The translations under genes and the position numbers were made by a program. The notes under the pieces are model-generated. The model was not told the DNA's origin. It made no database searches and saw only the letters and a program-made list of their open reading frames with translations. DNA of 64,000 bases from Candidatus Marinacidobacterales bacterium (GTDB lineage Bacteria; Acidobacteriota; Vicinamibacteria; Marinacidobacterales; SMYC01), in assembly GCA_965224085.1 (NCBI GenBank), contig CBDCYI010000005.1, positions 1,856,001 through 1,920,000 of the forward strand, given 5' to 3'. How positions within the stretch are numbered: the first letter of the stretch is position 1; each line of letters begins with the position of its first letter. Positions 1 to 10,965 of this stretch are shown piece after piece.

Positions 1-278
1 GGCGCAGAGGGTCTTTTGCGATCTTGAGGACTTTCTTCCGTGCTCCACTGAGCTCGGGCGGCAGGTTGTCGAGGGTAATGGGTCGCCCTCGATTCTCCAC
101 GACGAGCCGGTGCATCACGTTCTCTAGCTGCCGGATGTTGCCCCGCCATTCGAAATTTTGGAGGCAGTCATAGACTTCGGTCGATCGGAACGACCCACAG
201 CCGGTAATAGAGATCCTCTCGGAACTCGCCTTGCTGCACCATCTCCCGCAAATCCCGATTCGTCGCCGCGACGAAGCG
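1..278 (-). pseudogene. Sigma-54-dependent activator (NtrC-like AAA+) fragment with internal deletion/frameshift
   Basis: Manual minus-strand translation gives [27 protein letters not shown], then in another frame FEWRGNIRQLENVMHRL. It is fused just after an unrelated ATG (283-285, AGGAG RBS) that follows the reductase gene. Confidence 0.8.
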
Positions 279-323
279 GTTGCATGGGCTCCTCTTTCCC
301 TTCCTCGGCTCTCTCCCTCGGTC

Positions 324-2573
324 TCATTCTTCGACGATGCGCGCGTGGCAGGCGTGCGTAGCCTCGATGAACAGTTGCGCTTCCTCGATAAGGTGGTGCG
401 CGTCGTCGGCGCTCAGACGGTCGAGCTCCTCTTCGTGGGCTCTGAACAGGTAGTGGGCGAACTTACCCTTTGCGAAGCGGTCGAAAAAAAGCCCGGTGTC
501 GTAGAATCGACTTCGGAACTCGCCCACAATCCGCGCTGGCTCTCCGTTGTTGTCCGTGGTCTGGGTGTGCACCAGCGCTGCCGCCGCCGAAACCATGGCG
601 TCGTACGCGCCCTCGGCCGCGCCACACGCATCACCACCCTCGAGTTTGAGCTGGGCCTCGAAGACGAGCCTTTCGCTCGCCGCGACCTCGAACGCGAACC
701 GGGAGACGAGTTCACCCGCACACTCACCGCGCCCCATGTCCCCGATCGTGAACTCGCGCGGATCGCCCCAGTCGGAATAGAGAATCGAGTCTTCCTCGTA
801 ACTGGGAACGACCATCAAGTCTTCGATTAGAGCGCGCACTTTTGCTTTACCCATGCTCCGAATCAACGCGGAGAACGTTTGCCCCGGCTGCGTCTCTCGC
901 CGGTAGAGATCCGTGAGCCTCGTGACGACCTCAGGAATACGTTTCGACGGCACCGCCCCAATGGCCAGCCCGAACGATTTCGCGTTCTCGGTCCACTGGC
1001 CACCGAGAACGACCTGGAAGTGCGGGACCGTTCTTCCTTCGACCTGTCGACTGACTCCGTAAAAGCCGATGTCGGCAACGTGGTGCTGCCCGCACGAGTT
1101 GAAACATCCGCTCACTTTGATGTGAAGATCCTTCACGGCTTTATCGGAGGCGAGGTTCTGCCCCAGGAGACGGCTTCTGAGCTCGCCAGCGAGACCGCGC
1201 GATGACGCGATGCCGAGCTTGCAGGTATCGGTCCCGGGGCACGCGGTGACGTCGACGATCGTGCCGCCGCCGGGTTGACCGAGCCCGATCGATTCGAGCC
1301 GGGCGAAAAGCTCCGGAAGGTGCGCTTGTGCGATGAAGCGCAGCACGAAGTTTTGGTCCACGGTGGTGCGGAGGGGGTCGCCGCTGAGCCGGCGCGCAAT
1401 GTCGGCTAGCGCTCTTGCTTGGAACGCCGAGATGTCCCCGAGGGGGAGGGTGACGAGGGCTGCGGCGTAGCCCTCCTGGCGTTGAGGACGAACGTTCGTG
1501 GCCTTCCATGCGTCGAACTCTGCCGGCGCGTTCGCCTTGTCTCCGTCCGCCGTTAACGGCACCATCGTCGCGTTCTCGCCATCGTCGTCGCGCGCGTTCG
1601 AGTATTCCGTCCAGCGAGGATCCTGTGGCAATTGCTTCCGCTCTTCGAGGACGAGACGCCGGAGCTCTTCGATTCCCAGCTTGCCGACGAGAAACTTAAG
1701 GCGGGCCCGTGCGCGGTTCTTCTTCTCCCCGAGCCTGGCGAAAACGCGGCAGATAGCTTGGGCGGTGGGAAGGAGCTCCTCCTCGGGAAGGAACGGCTCG
1801 AACAGCTTCGCGGGATAAGGAACGGCGCCGAGACCGCCCCCGACATAGAGCTCGAATCCGCGGCGCGTGCGGCCTTCGCCGGTTCGGGTTCGGGCGATGA
1901 AGCCGAGATCGTGAAACGTCGTGAGTCCGCAAGGCTCGTCCTTGCAGCCGGAAAAAGCAATCTTGAACTTGCGACCGAAGTCCTGCGCGTCCGGATGACC
2001 GAGCAGAAAATAGGCCAGCGCCCTCGCGTAGGGTGTGACATCGAACGTTTCACCTTTGCAGACGCCGGCTAAAGGACAAGCGGTCACGTTCCGCACCGAG
2101 TTGCCACAGGCCTCGCGTGTCGTGATACCAACTGCGGCAAGACGCCGCATGACGTCGGGCGTATCCTCGATATGAACATAGTGAAGCTGGAAGTCCTGGC
2201 GCGTCGTGACGTGAAGCACACCGACGGAGTACTCTTCGGCGAGTTCTGCCAAGACGTCGAGCTGATCCGGTGTGATTCTCCCGAACGGTATCTTGATCCG
2301 CTGCATCCCGGGTGCGTCCCAAAGCGTTTGCGGGCCCTTGGTGAGCTCCCCGGACGGGTAGCCGAGCACGCGTGGCCGGTTGCCGTCATGGCGCTGGCCG
2401 TTGTCGTAGCGTTGCCCATAGACGCCGCGTCGCAGCCGGCTTTCGGCGAAGAGCTTCTCATTGAGCTTGTCTTGCCGGCGAAGCTCGAGCTCCGTCTCAT
2501 AGATGTCGATCTCACGCCCGAGCGCGGCCGGGATACGGCTCTCGAGCTGTTCTCTCCAGGTCGGGATACTCAT
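324..2573 (-). CDS. Ferredoxin-dependent sulfite/nitrite reductase (siroheme, 4Fe-4S) with C-terminal HEPN-like extension
   Basis: Motifs LRRGVYGQR, HVTTRQDFQ, CGNSVRNV, ACPGTDTCKLG, SGCFNSCGQH. The start MSIPTW (ATG 2573) overlaps the upstream stop (ATGA). Confidence 0.9.
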   Translation of the reverse strand: MSIPTWREQLESRIPAALGREIDIYETELELRRQDKLNEKLFAESRLRRGVYGQRYDNGQRHDGNRPRVLGYPSGELTKGPQTLWDAPGMQRIKIPFGRITPDQLDVLAELAEEYSVGVLHVTTRQDFQLHYVHIEDTPDVMRRLAAVGITTREACGNSVRNVTACPLAGVCKGETFDVTPYARALAYFLLGHPDAQDFGRKFKIAFSGCKDEPCGLTTFHDLGFIARTRTGEGRTRRGFELYVGGGLGAVPYPAKLFEPFLPEEELLPTAQAICRVFARLGEKKNRARARLKFLVGKLGIEELRRLVLEERKQLPQDPRWTEYSNARDDDGENATMVPLTADGDKANAPAEFDAWKATNVRPQRQEGYAAALVTLPLGDISAFQARALADIARRLSGDPLRTTVDQNFVLRFIAQAHLPELFARLESIGLGQPGGGTIVDVTACPGTDTCKLGIASSRGLAGELRSRLLGQNLASDKAVKDLHIKVSGCFNSCGQHHVADIGFYGVSRQVEGRTVPHFQVVLGGQWTENAKSFGLAIGAVPSKRIPEVVTRLTDLYRRETQPGQTFSALIRSMGKAKVRALIEDLMVVPSYEEDSILYSDWGDPREFTIGDMGRGECAGELVSRFAFEVAASERLVFEAQLKLEGGDACGAAEGAYDAMVSAAAALVHTQTTDNNGEPARIVGEFRSRFYDTGLFFDRFAKGKFAHYLFRAHEEELDRLSADDAHHLIEEAQLFIEATHACHARIVEE

Positions 2574-3110
2574 GCAAGAACTCCTTTTGATGAGACATGC
2601 CCTTTCGATATGGGCTCGGCGAGGCGCACGACGTCTCCAATGACGATCACGCCGGGTGCGCCGGGGAGAGGCACGGCAACGCGGGAGAGCGCCGCGATCG
2701 TTCCGGTCCACACGGCGGCTTCGGGGGAGGAAGCGTTACAAGTGATAGCGGCCGGGGTCGTTTGGCTCCAGCCGCGCTCGATCAAACACCTGGCGAGCGT
2801 CGCCCGAGTCGCCAAGCCCATCAGCACGACGAGCGTCGCTCGGTGAGGGGTTACCGAGTCGAGTACTTCGACGAGAGCTTCCGTGCTGTGGCCCGACAGC
2901 ACGACGAACGCCGAGGTGACGCCGCGGTGCGTCAACGGCACCCCGGCGAGCGCGGGCGCCGCGAGCGCCGAGCTGATGCCGGGAACGATCTCGTAGGCTA
3001 CGCCCCGCTTCGCCGAGAGCGAGTGCTTCCTCACCGCCTCGACCAAAAACGAACGGGTCACCACCCTTCAGGCGAACGACACGGTCGCCTCCGCGGGCGA
3101 GATGGATCAT
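2570..3110 (-). pseudogene. cysG: Uroporphyrinogen-III C-methyltransferase half of siroheme synthase; frameshifted and 5'-truncated
   Basis: [18 protein letters not shown] in one frame and [22 protein letters not shown] in another (shift near 3005). Cut by an IS630 fragment. Confidence 0.85.
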
Positions 3111-3120
3111 GAGCTGATGG

Positions 3121-3563
3121 ATGGCTCTCTACGCCGCCTTTGACACGAAGACGGGGGAAGTTTTTGGCAAGACCGTCCGCCGACATACCAGCCAGGAGTT
3201 TGTCGCCTTCTTGGAGCAGCTGGTGCGAGCCACAAGCGAAAGCGTGAAATTCACGTCATCCTCGACAATCTCTCGGCCCACAAAACTGCCAAGGTCACCG
3301 AGTTCCTCCAGGCCAATCCGAAACTCCAATTGCACTTCACACCCACCTACTCCTCCTGGCTGAACAAAGTCGAGCCCTGGTTCTCCAAGATCGAGCGCGA
3401 CCTGATCCATCGAGGAGTGTTCACCTCCACCAAAGACCTAACCCGCAAGATCATGCGCTACATTCGCAAGTACAACAAAGACCCTAAGCCCGTGAAGTGG
3501 ACCTACAACGATCCGTCACGGCGCATCAAAACTACTAAACGTTCAGCTGTTACAGTCCACTAG
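3121..3563 (+). mobile_element. IS630-family transposase 3' fragment interrupting cysG
   Basis: [35 protein letters not shown]; ends ACAGTCCACTAG. Confidence 0.9.
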
Positions 3564-4019
3564 TTGCCGCCACCGCCCGAGGTCGCGAGGGAGGAGCGCA
3601 TCGAGACCCTCGCGCAGCAGCCGAGACAATGCAGGCGCCGACCCATCCGTCGAGATACTCAAAGTGACACCCGAGCGGCGGAGAACAGCACCGGCGTAGG
3701 CGCTGCAAGATGCCTTGTCGTCCACGGCGATCACGAACTGATGCCGTCTCTCGGCGCCCGTCGCGACGAGGCGATTGATCTTCGGCGTTGCCGCAGCCAT
3801 CACGAGCCAAGCATCGTCGAGATCGTGAAAGTAGAAGGCGCGAAGACGCACGGTCAGGTTCGGGTGGGTCCAGAAAAAGCCCACCGACGGGGCGACAAGG
3901 GTGACCCGCGCCCCTGCGTCCAGAAGGCCTCTCGTCTTGGACTCCGCCACGGTGCCGCCGCCGCCGACAAGGATGTCGCGTCCGTCGAGGCCTAGAAAAA
4001 CCGGAAACATTGCCGGCAT
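3564..4019 (-). pseudogene. cysG: Precorrin-2 dehydrogenase/ferrochelatase N-terminal half of siroheme synthase
   Basis: MFPVFLGLDGRDILVGGGGTVAESK and ISTDGSAPALSRLLRE; AGGAG RBS; truncated by IS630. Confidence 0.85.
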
Positions 4020-4037
4020 GATCTTGCTCCTAAAATG

Positions 4038-4074
4038 AAAAAGGCCCAGCTCCCGAAAAGGGGAAGCTGGGCCT
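4038..4074 (-). terminator. Intrinsic terminator in the 5' leader of cysG (attenuator 3:4 hairpin)
   Basis: Minus strand AGGCCCAGCTTCCC-CTTTTC-GGGAGCTGGGCCT-TTTT, about 20 nt upstream of the cysG start. Confidence 0.85.
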
Positions 4075-4097
4075 CAATCGCCGCGTCGATAACCGAT

Positions 4098-4226
4098 CTA
4101 CATAATTACCTGAAAGCTCGGGCTTGTCGCCTGGTCGCCCAGCGTCGCCCCGATACGATGCAGCAATTCCTCGAAAGGCCCAGTCCCACTGGGCCTGTTA
4201 CACTCGCAACCAAAGAAAATTGCCAT
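4098..4226 (-). CDS. Putative 42-aa Cys-containing leader peptide MAIFFGCECNRPSGTGPFEELLHRIGATLGDQATSPSFQVIM
   Basis: ATG 4226 to TAG 4098. Cys codons 7 and 9 lie directly before hairpin segment 1. Confidence 0.6.
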   Translation of the reverse strand: MAIFFGCECNRPSGTGPFEELLHRIGATLGDQATSPSFQVIM

Positions 4227-4251
4227 CGCCAAACTCTCGAATCAGAGATCC

Positions 4252-4280
4252 AATATGACCGAATGCATCGGCGTTGTCAA
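4252..4280 (-). promoter_or_regulatory. Sigma-70-type promoter for leader-cysG-sir
   Basis: TTGACA (4280-4275), 17-nt spacer, CATATT (4257-4252). Confidence 0.65.
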
Positions 4281-4291
4281 GATACCGCCCT

Positions 4292-5854
4292 CTATTCTTG
4301 AATATAGCCGAGTGCCTTGAGCTGCTCGATGGCCGCCGGGTCGAGACCTTCGAGCTCGCCTTGTTCCCCGGCTGTGTTGGCGTCGCGGGCCGGATCTCCT
4401 TCCACCCAAGCGCGAAGTATCGGCACGAGCCTAAAAGCCTCACCGGGAAGCTCGTCGTAGAGGTTTCGGGACTCTTCTGGATCGCTCACGATGTCGTAGA
4501 GCTCGTAGCGGTCGCCATCGGGATGGGGGATCTTGATGAGCTTCCAGCGCTCGGTGCGAAGGCTCCGCCACTTGCCGCGGATGCCTTCGAAGTAGATGCG
4601 CTCCTGCTCCGGGAACATGCGGCGCTTCGGAGCGCTCTCCGCGAAAGCGCTCAGAAACGGCAGACTCCCGCCTTCGAGTAGGGGCGCGAGGCTGGTCGCT
4701 TCGACGCCGTCGAAAGGATCGAGCTCCGCGAGCTCGAGAAGCGTCGGCCCGACGTCCATGAGGCGGACTTGCTGCTCAATTTCGGTGCCGGGCTCGATCA
4801 CGCCCGGGTAGCGGATCACGAGCGGCACGCGCAGGACTTCATCGTAGAGCACGAAGTCGTGGGTGAAGGAAAGGCCGTGCTCGCCCAACGCTTCTCCGTG
4901 GTCGGCGGTGACGGCAACAACGGTCGACGCTTCGAGCTCGAGCGCGTCGAGCGCGTTCAGGATCCTGGCGAGGTTGTCGTCCGTATAGGCGATCGCGCCG
5001 TCGTAGAGATCGCGCACTTCGCGAACGTCGTTCTCTCGGTAGCTCCCGTCGTCGAAGAAGATGCTCCCACGCGAGCGCCGCCAAAAGGCGAGATCGAGAA
5101 GGATGGAGTTTTTGGCGTAGTAGGGAAAGACGAGGTCGTAATAGGGGCCACCGGAAATGTCCGCATAAGGTGTTGGCTGGTAGCTCGCGCGATCGAGTTC
5201 CATCATGGCGCGTAGATGCTTGACACGCCCGTCCGCGGCGTATGCTTCGTGGAAGAGCACTGCATACGGGTAGGCCGGCGTATAAGGAAGATGGGGGTCC
5301 AGAAAGTGGAGCCAGAGGAAAAACGGCTTTTCGGGATCCCGCGCTTCGAGCCAATCAGTCGCGGCGAGCGAGAGGCTCCGCGCGTCCAGTCCCGCGGCGA
5401 ACTTGTTGTTGTGATACGCGTCGAAGCCTTGGTCGAGCCCCGAATTTCGGCGCAGCCACGTGTGCCGCGTCATCGCCGCCGTTTGATAGCCCGCTTCGTG
5501 GAAACGCTCGGCGAGGGTCTCGATCTCGGTCGCGAGTGTTGCGGGGTGGTTCCGCACACCATGATGGGGCGGCGTCCGTCCCGTCATCAGTGAAGTCACC
5601 GAAGGCAGCGTGAAGGGGGCTTGAGCGATGGTCGTCGCGAAACGTGCGCCTTCGGCTGCCAAACGATCGAGGTTCGGCGTCGTGTTCCGCGAGTAGCCGT
5701 AGCTTCCGACGTGATCGGCCCTGAGCGTCTCGATGGTGACGAGCAGAACATTTGGCTGCGCCCGATGCATGGAGGTCGCGGCGCTTTCTTCCGACCGCGG
5801 TTCGCATGCGGCCGCGAGGAGAGCTAAAAGAAGGACGAGCCGGGGGAAGCTCAA
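4292..5854 (-). CDS. Sulfatase-like (alkaline phosphatase superfamily) lipoprotein
   Basis: PNVLLVTIETLRADH, APFTLPSVTSLMTG, LHFLDPHLPY, TADHGE, C-terminal QLKALGYI; lipobox LAAAC. Start is approximate. Confidence 0.85.
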   Translation of the reverse strand: MSFPRLVLLLALLAAACEPRSEESAATSMHRAQPNVLLVTIETLRADHVGSYGYSRNTTPNLDRLAAEGARFATTIAQAPFTLPSVTSLMTGRTPPHHGVRNHPATLATEIETLAERFHEAGYQTAAMTRHTWLRRNSGLDQGFDAYHNNKFAAGLDARSLSLAATDWLEARDPEKPFFLWLHFLDPHLPYTPAYPYAVLFHEAYAADGRVKHLRAMMELDRASYQPTPYADISGGPYYDLVFPYYAKNSILLDLAFWRRSRGSIFFDDGSYRENDVREVRDLYDGAIAYTDDNLARILNALDALELEASTVVAVTADHGEALGEHGLSFTHDFVLYDEVLRVPLVIRYPGVIEPGTEIEQQVRLMDVGPTLLELAELDPFDGVEATSLAPLLEGGSLPFLSAFAESAPKRRMFPEQERIYFEGIRGKWRSLRTERWKLIKIPHPDGDRYELYDIVSDPEESRNLYDELPGEAFRLVPILRAWVEGDPARDANTAGEQGELEGLDPAAIEQLKALGYIQE

Positions 5855-5861
5855 AGAAACG

Positions 5862-8354
5862 TCAGGTGTTGTGCCCCCGCCCCGACGCGGGAATGGGTTG
5901 CGAGGCGAGCGCGACCGCGGTGACGACGCTGTCGTCCTGGAGCGAGATGAGAACGTGGTCGCCCTTTTTGATGTCACCGCTGATGAGCTGTTGGGCGAGG
6001 ATGTTCTCGAGCTGTGCTTCCATCGCACGGCGTAGAGGTCTTGCACCATAGACGGGATCATAACCGTCAGCGGCGAGTTTATCCTTCACCGCGTCCGTGA
6101 CTTGAATCGCTAAGTTCTGCTCCGCGAGGCGCTCGTTCAAATCATCGAGCGACAGGTCGACGATCTGGCGGATGTGCTCCCTATCGAGTTGATGGAACAC
6201 GATCAGGTCGTCGATGCGGTTCAGAAGCTCTGGCCTGAAGACCGTTTTGACCTCGCGCATCACACGGTCTTTGATCTCTTCGTACCTTCGTGAGGAGACC
6301 GGGCTCGAAAAACCGATGCCGGCAGATTCGCGTGTGACGTCCTCGCTGCCGATGTTAGACGTGGCGATGATGATCGTGTTGACGAAGCTGACCGTGCGTC
6401 CTTGCGCGTCCGTCAAACGACCGTCTTCCAGAATCTGCAGCATCATGTGATAAACGTCGGGATGCGCCTTCTCGAACTCGTCGAGAAGGATCACGCTGTA
6501 CGGGTTGCGCCTGACTTGCTCGGTGAGCTGCCCGCCTTCGCCGTAGCCGATATAGCCTGGAGGCGAGCCGATCATCTTGGAGACCGAGTGGCGCTCCATG
6601 TACTCGCTCATGTCGAGCCGGATGAGCCGCTCTTCGTCGTCGAGCAAAAATTGCGCGAGCGCTTTGGCGAGCTCCGTCTTCCCTACGCCCGTGGGTCCAA
6701 GAAAAATGAACGATCCGATCGGTCGCTTGCGGCCCTTGAGGCCCGCGCGATTTCGCCTTATGGCGTCGGAGACCGCGTGGACAGCGTTCTCCTGGCCGAC
6801 GATGCGTTGGTGGATGTTGTCTTCCATCCGCGTGAGCTTTTGCGCTTCGGATTCGAGCATACGCGTGACAGGAATGCCCGCCCAGCCTTGCACGACGCGT
6901 GCGATGTCCTCGGTCTCGACTGTCGCATCCTGTGGATCGCGGCTTTCGCGCCATGTTTTCATCATTTGTTTGAGGTCGCCCTCCAGTCGCATGATGTTTT
7001 GCTGGCAGACGGCCGCTCGCTCGTAATCCTGTGATTGGTAGGCCTCTCGTTGCTGCGAGATCAGCTTGTCCCGATCGCGCTTGGCGCGACGGACCTCGGG
7101 CGGCGCATAGACGAGCTCGAGATGTTTGCGCGAGCCCGCTTCATCCAGAAGATCGATCGCTTTGTCGGGAAGGAATCGGTCCGCGATATAGCGCTCCGCT
7201 AGCTTGGCCGCGGAATCGACGGCGTCGTTGCTGAAGCTGACGTTGTGATGGACCTCGTAGTGTCGCTGAAGGCCTTTCAGGATGCGCACCGTGTCCGAAA
7301 CCGTTGGCTCTTTGATCATGATGCTCTGGAACCGGCGCTCGAGTGCTTTGTCCTTCTCGATGTGTTTCTTGTAATCCTCGAGCGTGGTGGCGCCGATGCA
7401 GCGGAGCTGCCCGCGCGCCAGCGCGCTCTTCAGCATGTTGGACGCGTCGAGGCCGCCTTCGACATTGCCGGCGCCGACGACGGTGTGGAGCTCATCGATG
7501 AAGAGGATGACGCGCCCCTGCGCCGCGAGGACCTCCTCCTTGATGGTCTTGAGCCGTTCTTCGAACTCACCACGAAACTTAGAGCCGGAGACCACTTCGC
7601 TCATCTCGAGAAGCAGAACGCGCTTATTGGCGAGCGTGTCGGGAACTTCGGCGGTCACGATGCGCTGGGCGAGACCTTCGACGATGACCGTTTTGCCGAC
7701 GCCGGGCTCGCCGATGAGCACCGGGTTGTTCTTCTTACGACGCAACAGGATCTGGATGAGGCGATGGATCTCTTCCTCACGACCGATGACAGGGTCGAGC
7801 GAGCCTTTGCGGGCGAGCTCGGTGAGGTCCGTCGTGTACTTTTTGAGCGTCTCGAGCTTCGTGTCGCCACGCTTGTCGTCGACGGTCCGGCTTCCACGCT
7901 GCCGGAGATAGGCGTCTTTCGTGCGCTCGTAGCGGAAGCCGAGGTCGCGCAGGATGCGCGCCGAGAGACCCGCGGGTTCGCGATGGAGCGCTAAGAGCAT
8001 AGCGCCGACACCGACGAAGCGGTCTCCCAAATTGTCGGCTTCCTCTTTCGCCATACGGAGCACTTCTGCTGTCTGTGGCGAGACGAGGATTTGGAGCGAG
8101 CCTTCACGGCGCAATTTCAGCTTGTTGCGTTGGGCCGAGAGGATCAGGTCGACGATGGACTGTTTCGTCTCATCCGCCGAGTGACCGAGATCCCCCACCA
8201 GACGTATCGTCTCGGAGTTGTCTTGCTCTAGAAGCCCGAGAAGGATGAATTCTGGCGTGAGCTCGTTCTGCCTCAGGTTGACGAGCTCCATGGAGCCGAT
8301 ATTGACGGCCTCGATCACACGCTCCGTGCAATGACGAAAGAGGACATTGTTCAT
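5862..8354 (-). CDS. clpC: ATP-dependent Clp protease ATP-binding subunit ClpC
   Basis: Clp N-domains, two AAA+ modules ([16 protein letters not shown]), [31 protein letters not shown]. Confidence 0.92.
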   Translation of the reverse strand: MNNVLFRHCTERVIEAVNIGSMELVNLRQNELTPEFILLGLLEQDNSETIRLVGDLGHSADETKQSIVDLILSAQRNKLKLRREGSLQILVSPQTAEVLRMAKEEADNLGDRFVGVGAMLLALHREPAGLSARILRDLGFRYERTKDAYLRQRGSRTVDDKRGDTKLETLKKYTTDLTELARKGSLDPVIGREEEIHRLIQILLRRKKNNPVLIGEPGVGKTVIVEGLAQRIVTAEVPDTLANKRVLLLEMSEVVSGSKFRGEFEERLKTIKEEVLAAQGRVILFIDELHTVVGAGNVEGGLDASNMLKSALARGQLRCIGATTLEDYKKHIEKDKALERRFQSIMIKEPTVSDTVRILKGLQRHYEVHHNVSFSNDAVDSAAKLAERYIADRFLPDKAIDLLDEAGSRKHLELVYAPPEVRRAKRDRDKLISQQREAYQSQDYERAAVCQQNIMRLEGDLKQMMKTWRESRDPQDATVETEDIARVVQGWAGIPVTRMLESEAQKLTRMEDNIHQRIVGQENAVHAVSDAIRRNRAGLKGRKRPIGSFIFLGPTGVGKTELAKALAQFLLDDEERLIRLDMSEYMERHSVSKMIGSPPGYIGYGEGGQLTEQVRRNPYSVILLDEFEKAHPDVYHMMLQILEDGRLTDAQGRTVSFVNTIIIATSNIGSEDVTRESAGIGFSSPVSSRRYEEIKDRVMREVKTVFRPELLNRIDDLIVFHQLDREHIRQIVDLSLDDLNERLAEQNLAIQVTDAVKDKLAADGYDPVYGARPLRRAMEAQLENILAQQLISGDIKKGDHVLISLQDDSVVTAVALASQPIPASGRGHNT

Positions 8355-8748
8355 AGAGATCCCCTATAAATTGGGCAGCCGGATGAGGAGAAGCGCCGAG
8401 CGAAGCATAACACAAACTTGAATTAATAGCGGTTTGCAGGAATCGAGCGAAGCACGGCGTTACGCGAGGCACGATGCTTGTAGAGCGAGCATTCGTGCAA
8501 ACCGTAATTGAACTAAGCCGCCCAGCTAGCGGCAACTATGCATAAATTGGAGTGAGAAGACGGTCGGACAGGAAGTCGGAGTTGGACGTCAGGGAGTTGC
8601 GAATCGACAGAGATATGGCGGGGAAGATAGAAGAAGGGCCTACCCGGTGCGGTAACCACCACGGTAGCGTTATGAGTTCGCGACGAGACACACGAGTCCG
8701 TTTCAACGACCGGTCGGCGTTGTGAGAGGCGGAGCGAAAGCATCGTGA

Positions 8749-9938
8749 TCATGACTCATCTGGAGGGGAGCGGATCTGGAGGTTGATCCGTCGAAGCTTC
8801 GTGGAGAGAGGGCATCGGAGCATGCGACCTTTCTTGCAGCGGGGACAGATGGTGAGGTCGATGCCGGTGAGCTCCTTGAGCCGCTCGCGCCAGTCCTTGT
8901 CCTCGGTGGCACGCGAGCTGACTTGCACGTCGTCGGCGTCGGTCGTGGGTTTTGTTTTCTCATCGAGCAACTGGCGCGCGACTACGAGCTTGGTGGTCGC
9001 ATTGGAGGAGGCCATTAAGCCGAAATGGCGAATCTTGACGAAACCTTTCGGCAGTACGTGCAGGAGGAAACGGCGGATAAATTCCTCTGGGGGGACGGTA
9101 ACGGTATTACCATTCTTGGTGGCGAAGCAGACGCCGTAGTGGTCGATGCGAATGAGTCGGCGGTTGGAGATGCCGACCCGGTGGGTATATCGGCCGAGGT
9201 AGTTGAAAACCTGCTCTGGGCCACCGAAGGGTCGTTTGCTGTAAACGACCCAATCGATGCGGTAGAGCTTGTCTTTCAGCTCCCGGAAGCGAGGTGGGTT
9301 TCTGAGGTGGGAAGCGTTTGCGCTCAACTCAAGCTCATCTTGGTCGTAAGCGAGCCTAAGGGCATCGAGAAACTTGCTGCGAAAAAGCCGCGACATGGCC
9401 TTGACGGGAAACAGAAAGCGAGGGTTTGCGGCGTTCCACAGCTGCTGAGGGTGGTTGAGCCCGCCCCCGGAGACGATGCAATGCAGGTGTGGATGGAACA
9501 GGAGCTTCCGGGTCCAGGTGTGCAGTACGGCGGTGAAGGCAAGTTGAGCTTCGAGCCGGCTTTGGCCGAACTCCAATAGAGTTCGCGAGGCGGCGCGAAA
9601 CAGGAGGTTGAACATGAACTTGGGATTGTCTCGGGCGAGAGGCTTGAGTTGCTGCGGGAGGGTGAAAACGACGTGGAAATAGTGAGTCGGAAGAATCCTC
9701 TGAGCTCGCTGCTCCATCCACTTCGCCTGGGCTAGGCTCTGACACTTGGGACAGTGCCGATTGCGGCACGAGTTAAACGAAGGCGCCGCGTATCCGCAAG
9801 CGTTACACACGTCGAGATGGCCACCTAGCACCGCCGTGCGACAGTTCTCTATAGCCCACATCACCTTGCGCTGCTCGGCTGTCAGCGCATGGGTTTGGCG
9901 AAAGCGTGGACCATGTTCGCGGAAGATTTCCGCGATCT
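8749..9938 (-). mobile_element. IS91-family rolling-circle transposase (5'-truncated)
   Basis: CRTAVLGGH, SCRNRHCPKCQ, HTW...HPHLH HUH motif, YLGRYTHR, LHVLPKGFVKIRHFG. Confidence 0.9.
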
Positions 9939-10259
9939 AGGCGGTTCGCTATGACCTTCACTTCGGTAGAGACAACGTCCAATTCTCCGGAAACGTGCCC
10001 AGTATAGAGTCGATTGAATTTCTCGGAAATGTCAACCAGCGTAATAGATTTTTGGGCCAATTCATCAGGCAGAAGGGAGATGTCAACCGTCGAGGTATGG
10101 AACACCTTCTTCAAACTCTTACGCAGATACAATTTCGTAATCTACTTAAACCGCTATACCGAGACGCTCATTACTTGCCAGCTGATCGGCGCCGGCATTA
10201 TGCACAGCCATAAAATGGCTGTGAGCACCTTCCTCCTGAACGCTACGAAGGCAGCGTTG

Positions 10260-10765
10260 CGTCAACCGCCAGCAGCAGGATGTGATTGATTACCTGCGAG
10301 AGGAGAACCGTGTGCTCCGAGCCGGGCTTCGGGGCAAGCGTCTCAGGCTCCTTAGCACCGGCGATGTTGGGTCGAGCCAGTCGTCGAAACGGTCGGGAGC
10401 GATGATTGCAGGCTGTCGATGGTGAATGCCGGCAAGCTCTGGAGAGGCCGTCGTCGTGATGATGGTGAAGGATTCGAGGGAGTTGTTGCCCTGACCTTAC
10501 CGTCCGGCTGCGCGCTCGAAGGTGCTTCCGCAGTCAAGTGTTGGTGGCCGCCGCGTAACCTATTCATGTGCTAGAGTTTCGCCTGATTTCGAGAGGCGCA
10601 GTTCTTTCGTCGATGCCGGCTGGGCCGAGTTTTGGCACAGGACGGGATGGCTCGGACGGCACTCGAACGTATCTACTCAGGCAGCCGCACGATAGTAATA
10701 ACGAAGTAGTAGGCCGCCGAATCGCTCGCGGCACTCGACGCTGTGCCCATCCGCGTCCTGGGGGT
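10260..10765. mobile_element. Cluster of IS remnants: rve transposase 5' piece, IS1-family left end (10521), long-IR end and rve 3' piece
   Basis: Matches by eye to 31250-31340, 49760-49812, 32480-32500 and 14525-14635. Confidence 0.75.
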
Positions 10766-10965
10766 GCTTCTGCCAACATTTGATTGCGGAAGCACCTGTC
10801 GAAACTCATGACGGAATGTCGGTTGAAGCAGCCAGTGAACTTCATCGGCTCAGAAACGGCAATCGCCAGTTAAAGCGTAGCTATCGATACACCCAAATCG
10901 GATCGCGGCTCTCAGCTTGCTTGCGAATTTCGTGATGGCAATTCTCAAGGCACTCGGATTCTTCC

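Noticed and set aside
4035-4301. cysG leader as a SAM or cobalamin riboswitch, or the 88-aa plus-strand ORF as a gene
   Set aside because: No SAM-I or B12-box consensus is visible by eye. The hairpins, U-tract and promoter all fit the minus-strand attenuator reading.
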